Assembly (NCBI GenBank): GCA_963734495.1
Contig: CAVTHK010000009.1
Coordinates: 192,001 to 256,000, forward strand
Direction of reading: 5' to 3'
Source of the DNA: an uncultured Spirochaetota bacterium
GTDB taxonomy: Bacteria > Spirochaetota > Spirochaetia > SZUA-6 > CAVTHK01
Length of the DNA: 64,000 nucleotides
The position numbers were made by a program, and so were the translations under genes. The notes beneath the pieces are model-generated. The model made no database searches and was not told the origin of the DNA. It saw nothing but the letters and a program-made list of their open reading frames with translations. Positions 53,768-64,000 of the stretch are shown here, in pieces; positions within the stretch are counted from its first letter, which is position 1, and the number at the start of each line of letters is the position of its first letter.

Positions 53768-54127
53768 GTGAGCAGAAAGTACAAAATCCTGCTCGCGGAG
53801 GACGAGCTTCTCGTAAGCAGGCTCCTGCAGCGCTACCTGCAGAGCATCGGCTTCGAGGTGGTCGCGGCCGCCAACGGCCGCGAGGCGCTCGACCTCTACC
53901 GCACGGAGGCGCCGGACCTCCTGGTGTCGGACATCGACATGCCGGAAATGGACGGCCTGGAGCTGCTGTCCAGCATCAGGGAGACCGACCGGACGCTGCC
54001 GGCGATCCTCGTTTCCGGGAAGGGCGACCCCGCGGCGGGCCGCGGCAAGCGCGACTACCGATTCCTCCCCAAGCCGCTGGCGCTGGCCGAGCTGCGGGAG
54101 CAGATCGCTCTCGCCATGGTCTCCTGA
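53768..54127 (+). CDS. Single-domain response regulator (CheY-like receiver)
   Basis: LLAEDE, SDIDMPEMDG, VSG, FLPKP. Confidence 0.88.
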   Translation: MSRKYKILLAEDELLVSRLLQRYLQSIGFEVVAAANGREALDLYRTEAPDLLVSDIDMPEMDGLELLSSIRETDRTLPAILVSGKGDPAAGRGKRDYRFLPKPLALAELREQIALAMVS

Positions 54128-54151
54128 CGCCGGCGCGGCCCGTCCCACGGG

Positions 54152-54179
54152 TTGACACGCCGACGCCCATCGGTATCCT
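54152..54179 (+). promoter_or_regulatory. Putative tRNA promoter
   Basis: TTGACA-N16-TATCCT, 24 nt upstream of the tRNA. Confidence 0.55.
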
Positions 54180-54203
54180 AAGCCTTCACCTGTCACTTCT
54201 TCC

Positions 54204-54277
54204 GGGCCCATAGCTCAGTTGGTCAGAGCGGCGGACTCATAATCCGTTGGTCGCAGGTTCAAGTCCTGCTGGGCCCA
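54204..54277 (+). tRNA. tRNA with CAT anticodon, most likely tRNA-Ile2 (lysidine type); CCA not encoded
   Basis: Cloverleaf with acceptor stem GGGCCCA/TGGGCCC, anticodon arm CGGA-CTCATAA-TCCG and T-loop GGTTCAAGTCC. It has a paired 1:72 and lacks the initiator GGG/CCC anticodon stem; it resembles ileX-type tRNAs. Confidence 0.9.
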
Positions 54278-54323
54278 CAGATCTTCCGGCGCGGCGCCGG
54301 GCCCGCAGCGGCGGGGTCGCCGC

Positions 54324-55747
54324 CTACGAGAGGTAGGCGTCGACCGCGGCCGCGGCGCGGCGGCCATGGTTGATCGCGCGCACCACGAGCGAGGCTCCCG
54401 AGTGCGCGTCGCCGGCGGCGAAGACCCCCGGAACGGTCGTCATGTAGCCCGCGTCCACCTGGATGTTGCCCCTCGAGTCGAGCCCGACACCGAGGTCCTC
54501 GATCAGCCTGCCGTGCTCCACGTGCACGAAGCCCATGGCGAGCAGCACGAGGTCCACGTCGAGAGCGAACTCGCTTCCGGGCACGTCGACCGGCTCCGGC
54601 CGCTTGCCGGGGGCCGTCTTCCACTCCACCCGCGTGCAGTGCGCCTTCTGCACCTTCGCGTCGTAGCCGCCGCTGAACCGCGCCGCGGTCACGGACCACT
54701 GGCGCTCGCAGCCCTCCTCGTGCGAGGAGGATGTGCGCAGGATGTTGGGCCAGAAGGGCCACTCCGGGTTGGTCGGCTGCTCCCAGACCGGCGGCTTGGG
54801 GAGGATCTCGATCTGTGTGATCTTGCGCGCGCCCTGCCGCACCGCCGTGCCCACGCAGTCGGCGCCGGTGTCCCCGCCCCCGATCACGAGGACCCGCTTG
54901 TCGCGCGCCGAGATCGCCTGGGTGTCCTCGATCTCCCCGTTGATGAGCGCGTTCGAGCGCGTCAGGAACTCCATGGCAAAGGCGATGCCTTCGTAGCCGC
55001 GGCCCGGGACCTGCAGGTCGCGCGGCTGGCCGGCTCCCATCGCGAGCACGACCACGTCGAACTTGCGCCTGAGGTAGCGCGCGGAGACGTCTTCGCCGAT
55101 GACGAGGCCGGTCTCGAACTCGACCCCTTCGCCCGCCATCTGGGCGAGCCTGCGGTCGAGCACGGACTTCTCCATCTTGAAATCCGGAATTCCATAGCGA
55201 AGAAGGCCGCCGATCCGGCCGGCCTTCTCGAAGAGCGACACGGAGTGGCCGCTGCGACGCAGCTGCTGCGCCGCGGCGAGGCCCGCGGGCCCGCTTCCGA
55301 TCACCGCGACCCGGCGTCCGCTTTCGCGCCGCGGCGGCCGCGGCACCACCCAGCCCTCCGCGAAAGCCTTCTCGATGATGGCCCGTTCGATGTTCTTGAT
55401 GGAGACCGGGCTCGCGTTGATCGAAAGGGTGCACGAGGCTTCGCAGGGAGCGGGGCAGACCCTCCCGGTGGCCTCGGGGAAGTTGTTGGTCATCTCGAGG
55501 CGCTCCCAGGCTTCGCGCCAGTTGCCCCTGTAGATCGCGTCGTTCCACTCCGGGATCAGGTTGACGACCGGGCACCCGAGCGAATGGCAGAAGGGGACGC
55601 CGCAGTCCATGCAGCGCGCGCCCTCGCGGACCAGGTCCGCATCGGCGACCGGCAGGACCACTTCGCGCCAGTCGCGCGCGCGCTCCTCGACGCCGCGGTA
55701 CGCCGTCTTGACCCTGGCGAACTCGATGAAACCCGTGGGCTTTCCCA

Positions 55748-55748
<1 letters not shown>
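54324..55748 (-). CDS. gltD: Glutamate synthase small subunit
   Basis: MGKPTGFIEF, RCMDCGVPFC..GCP, GRVCPAPCE, GSGPAG, IGGGDTGADC, FAAGD. Confidence 0.95.
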
Positions 55749-60286
<4,538 letters not shown>

Positions 60287-60455
60287 ATTCCCTACTCGAA
60301 TAGAAGGATTTTATAGACCGGGCACGGGGTGCGTGACAACCTGCAGCCCCGGGGGTGCAGCCCCGGGCGGCGGCCGCGCCGGCCGCGCCGGGCGGGCCCG
60401 TCCGCCCCCTTGCGCCTCGCGCGCCGGCGTGGTCTCCTTTTCGCGGGAGCCGTCG

Positions 60456-61022
60456 ATGGAAGAGGACATAGTCGCCGTGGCGAGAGCGCTGCATTTCTCC
60501 GCGCGGAAGCACGCGGCGCAGCGCCGCAAGGGGAAGGACGCGGAACCGTACGTCAACCACCTCGCCGAGGTGGCCGTGCTGCTCGCCGAGGCCACCGAGG
60601 GAGCGGACGTCACGCTCGTCGTCGCCGGCCTGCTGCACGACACGATCGAGGACACCGAAACCGCCGCCGACGAGCTCCGCAGGGAGTTCGGCGCGGAGGT
60701 GGCCGCGGTCGTGGCGGAGGTGACCGACGACAAGAGACTGCCGAAGCAGCGGCGCAAGGACCTGCAGGTGGAGACCGCGGCCTCCAAGTCGCCGCGCGCG
60801 AGGCTCATCAAGATCGCGGACAAGATCAGCAACCTGCGCTCCATAGTGGGGAGCCCTCCCGAAGGGTGGAACGTCGAGCGCAAGCTCGCCTACTTCGAGT
60901 GGGCAAAGGCAGTCGTGGACGGCTGCCGCGGGATCAACCCCCGCCTGGATGCTCTCTTCGACGAGACGTACACGCTGGGCAAGGCCGCGATCGAGGCGAA
61001 AAAGCAGCCCTCGGCCGGCTGA
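60456..61022 (+). CDS. HD-domain small alarmone hydrolase-like protein (RelA/SpoT hydrolase domain only, Mesh1-like)
   Basis: H..Q.RK...PYVNH, LLHDTIEDT, EVTDDK, IKIADKISN. Confidence 0.85.
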   Translation: MEEDIVAVARALHFSARKHAAQRRKGKDAEPYVNHLAEVAVLLAEATEGADVTLVVAGLLHDTIEDTETAADELRREFGAEVAAVVAEVTDDKRLPKQRRKDLQVETAASKSPRARLIKIADKISNLRSIVGSPPEGWNVERKLAYFEWAKAVVDGCRGINPRLDALFDETYTLGKAAIEAKKQPSAG

Positions 61023-61065
61023 AGCCGCCGCCGAGGCGCGGTGCGGGCCGCGAGCGGGCGGGCGC

Positions 61066-62192
61066 TCAGGCGAGAGCCTTCTCGTAGACCCGGTAGATCT
61101 TGGTCTGCTCCAGCTCGAGCTTTTCGAGCGCGTTGCGGATGCGCAGATTGTCCTCCAGGATGTAGTTGGCCTCCAGGCGCACGCCGCGCGGCGCGAGCGC
61201 TTCGTAGCAGGCTCATGTACAGCAGCACGTCCAGCCCGAGGTTGTGGTAGGCCGGGAGCACCGCCAGGCCGAACAGCCGGTAGTCCCGCACCCGCCGCAG
61301 GCCGGTGAGCAGCGTTACGAAGCCGAACGGGAAGAGCCGGCCGCGCGATGCGGGCGAGGATCCCGTTGAGGTCGGGAAAGCCGAGGGCGTATCCGACCGG
61401 GACGCCCGAGTCCTCGACCATCCAGATGGCGTCCGGGCTCGCGAGCGGCTTGAGCCTGCGGAGCATCGACTCGAGCTCCGATCGGTCCAGCGGGACGTAG
61501 CCCCAGTTGCTGCGCACCGCCTCGTTGGTGATGCGCCAGATGTGCTCGGCCTCCGAGGCGATCCGGCGCAGGTCGATCGTGCGCACGGAGAAGCGGGGGC
61601 GCCGGCTGCGCATGCGGTCGCGAAAGCGCTCGAAGCGCGCCGGGATGCGGTAGCCTCGGCGGGCGTCGGCCTCGTACACGAGGAGGTCCTTGACCTTCGC
61701 GTAGCCTCGCGAGGTCACAAGATCGTTGTAGAAGGGCGGGTTGTACGGGGCGAGGAACACCGGCGGGCTCTCGAAGCCGCGCAGCAGAAAGCCCCAGCAC
61801 TCGGAGATCGGGTTGATGGGCCCGCGCACCCGGTCCATGCCGGCCGCGGCGAGCCAGCATTCGGCTTCGTCGAGCAGAGCGGCCGCTACGGCCCCGTCTT
61901 CGACGCACTCGAAGGAGCCGAAGAACCCGGTGCGCGAGCCATAAAACTTGTTGAAGGCATGGTCCACGTAGGCCACGACGCGGCCGCAGGCGCTGCCGTT
62001 GCGCCGGGCGAGCAGCAGCCGGTAGTCGGAGTGGGCGAGGATCGGGTTGCGCCGCGTGTAGGTGAGCCTCTCGTCGATCCACAGCGGCGGCCGCCACACG
62101 GGGTCGTTGCTGTAGAGGCGCTCGGGGAGGAAGACGAACTCCCGCAGGGCCCCGGCGCCGTCGACGTCCTCGACGCGGATGACGGCGTTCAC
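61066..62192 (-). CDS. GNAT-fold protein (YghO-like); frameshifts near 61345 and 61205
   Basis: F..LP..LY..DP.W.PPL, GFFGSFEC, RGPINP, PYNPPFY, NWGYVP, YILEDN, YRVYEK. Confidence 0.72.
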
Positions 62193-62295
62193 GGCGGGGC
62201 GAGCATAGCACCGCGCGGGCGGCGGCGCCAGCGCGCGAGCGGGCTCTCCCGGCTTCTCCTTGCGGGCGCCCGCTCGGACAGATAGAGTGCAGGCG

Positions 62296-63601
62296 TTGGC
62301 ACACAACGCATCGTTGCCCACGTTCGCCGACGTACTGAGAGAAGAGGCCTCGCGCCGCGGGCTGCCTCCCTGGCCTCGGCATCACCTCGAGCCTCTCGCC
62401 GGCCTCGCCTACCCGCGGGAGCTGGAGCTCAAGGAGGTGGCGCTGGCCGCGTTTCTGCGGCAGGTGCGGCTTCCGCTCGAGCCGCAGGCGGTGAGGCCTT
62501 CGCCCGTACCGAGGGGCTATCGCTCGACGTCCAAGCGCAGGGTGCTCCTGCGCGGAGGCAGGATCGCGCTCGCGGTCAACCGCGACGACCCGGCGCGCGG
62601 GGGGTTCACGCCTTCGGCCCTCGAGCCCGAAGCCCACGCGCGCCTCTTCCGTCACCTGGCCGCGGCGCTGAGCGAGCCGGCGCTCGGCCGGACCGCCGCG
62701 CGCCTCTCGTGGGTCATCCTCCGCGCGTCGGTCGAGGGAAACGCGGTGATCTTTAACGCGGCCCGTTCCGACGAGCGGATCGTCGCCGGCCTCTCGCGCG
62801 TCGGGCAGGAGGCGGCAGCCGCACGGCTCGCGGTGTGCGGCGCCTGGCTGTTCGTGGACCCCTCGCGCTCGGACTACTACCTCGAGTCGGGATCGACCGG
62901 GACCGTCGCCCTGCAGCGTCTCTTCGGGCCCGACCGGCTCACCGCGAGATTCGGCGGGGCGGATTACGTCTTTCGGCCCGGCGTCTTTTCGCAGGTGAAC
63001 GCTTCCGTCGTCCCGCCGATCCTCGCCGAGGCGCGGCGGATGCTCGGCCGCGGCGGCCGCCTCTGGGACCTCTACTGCGGCTACGGGCTCTTCGCGCTGG
63101 CGCTCTGCGGCGGCTTCGCCTCGGTCGTCGGCGTCGAGGCTTCGGCCGATGCCGCGGCCTGCGCGCGCCTCAACGCGGAGCGGGTGCGCCCGCGGCCGGC
63201 CGCCGCCGAGTTCTGCGAGGCGCGCATCACCGGGCCGGCGCTGCAGGAGCTCTTCGCCGCGCACCCGGCGGCCGCGGAAGAGGTGCTCGTGCTCGACCCG
63301 CCGTACGGCGGCGCCCCGGCGCCGGTGCTGCTCACGGCCGCGCGCCGCCGGCCGGCTCGCGTGCTCCACGTGTTCTGCAACACGAGCCGCATCCCCGTGG
63401 ATGCGGCGATCTGGCGCAAGGCGGGGTACCGGATCAGCGAGCTCGTGCCGTTCGACATGTTTCCCGGCACGCCCGAGCTCGAGACCCTCGCGCTCCTGGA
63501 GCCGGCGGGGGCGGCGGGCTCGACGGGCGCGGGCGCGGCGGGCGCCGCCGCCGGCGAGAGGCGCGACAAGGGGCACGGGCGCGGCGGCTCCGCTGCGTTG
63601 A
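62296..63601 (+). CDS. RlmD/TrmA-family RNA (uracil-5)-methyltransferase-like protein; start and 3' end uncertain
   Basis: [23 protein letters not shown], catalytic-type [14 protein letters not shown]. Confidence 0.75.
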
Positions 63602-63635
63602 CTTTTTTGCGGCGCCGTGCCCTGCTGATCGTACC

Positions 63636-64000
63636 ATGCGTGAAGTCACCTTCCAGCGCGGCTACATCGAGCACCCGGCGGGCTCCTGCCTCGCCTGCTT
63701 CGGCCGCACGCGCGTCATCTGCACGGCGTCGGTCCAGGCGGAGGTGCCCCGCTTTCTCGTCGGCAGCGGCCGCGGCTGGATCACGGCCGAGTACGCGATG
63801 CTGCCGGGCAGCACCGCCGGCGGCCGCAAGCCGCGCGACCTCCTCAAGCGCGACAGCCGCAACGTCGAGATCAGCCGCCTGATCGGCCGCAGCCTCCGCG
63901 CCGCCGTCGACCTGGCAAAGCTCGGCGAGATCACCATCGTCATCGACTGCGACGTGCTGCAGGCGGACGGCGGGACCCGGACGGCCGCGATCTCCGGCGG
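63636..64000 (+). CDS. rph: Ribonuclease PH (partial; runs off the right edge)
   Basis: [64 protein letters not shown]. Confidence 0.95.
   Translation, partial: MREVTFQRGYIEHPAGSCLACFGRTRVICTASVQAEVPRFLVGSGRGWITAEYAMLPGSTAGGRKPRDLLKRDSRNVEISRLIGRSLRAAVDLAKLGEITIVIDCDVLQADGGTRTAAISG

Noticed and set aside
54204..54323. tRNA as an integration site for a genomic island
   Set aside because: No integrase and no duplicated tRNA 3' end; the housekeeping gltD follows directly
62296..62312. Second sigma54-like site (TTGGCACACAACGCA)
   Set aside because: No TTGC at the required spacing, and it overlaps the probable start codon
62260..63882. Apparent RlmD-RNase PH fusion or overlap
   Set aside because: rph has its own intact frame from ATG 63636; the methylase ORF overrun is best explained by an indel in its low-complexity tail

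Overview
High-GC bacterial chromosomal segment. It is probably from a free-living Spirochaetota-like organism, inferred from the 'FAxGxKE' / 'AEGGKE' signal peptides of the solute-binding proteins. About 20 genes carry single-base frameshifts that look like long-read indels. Positions 1-20.3 kb are a carbohydrate-utilisation island: two GH2 paralogs, two dehydrogenases, a TIM-barrel epimerase, a CUT1 ABC transporter, and an Opp-family ABC transporter flanked by two GH42 paralogs. Positions 20.3-39.8 kb hold an atypical RNase HII-like gene and an RpoS-like sigma factor behind a consensus sigma54 promoter. They also hold a TrmH-family methylase, a TPR / beta-barrel / TonB / NlpC-P60 / deacetylase envelope cluster, tsaD, radC, arfB and several hydrolases. 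Positions 39.9-51 kb hold a second CUT1 ABC transporter and an operon with a membrane-anchored PIMT, a polytopic spermidine-synthase-like protein, MoxR, DUF58 and a membrane protein. The rest holds malic enzyme, two response regulators, tRNA-Ile2(CAT), gltBD, a small alarmone-hydrolase-like HD protein, a GNAT, an RlmD/TrmA-like methylase and the start of rph. I saw no CRISPR array, prophage, integrase or transposase. The best candidates for something undescribed are the extracytoplasmic PIMT + membrane SAM-enzyme operon and the sigma54-to-RpoS-like cascade with its upstream repeats and a candidate anti-SD 3'UTR RNA. All family calls come from motif recognition, not database searches.
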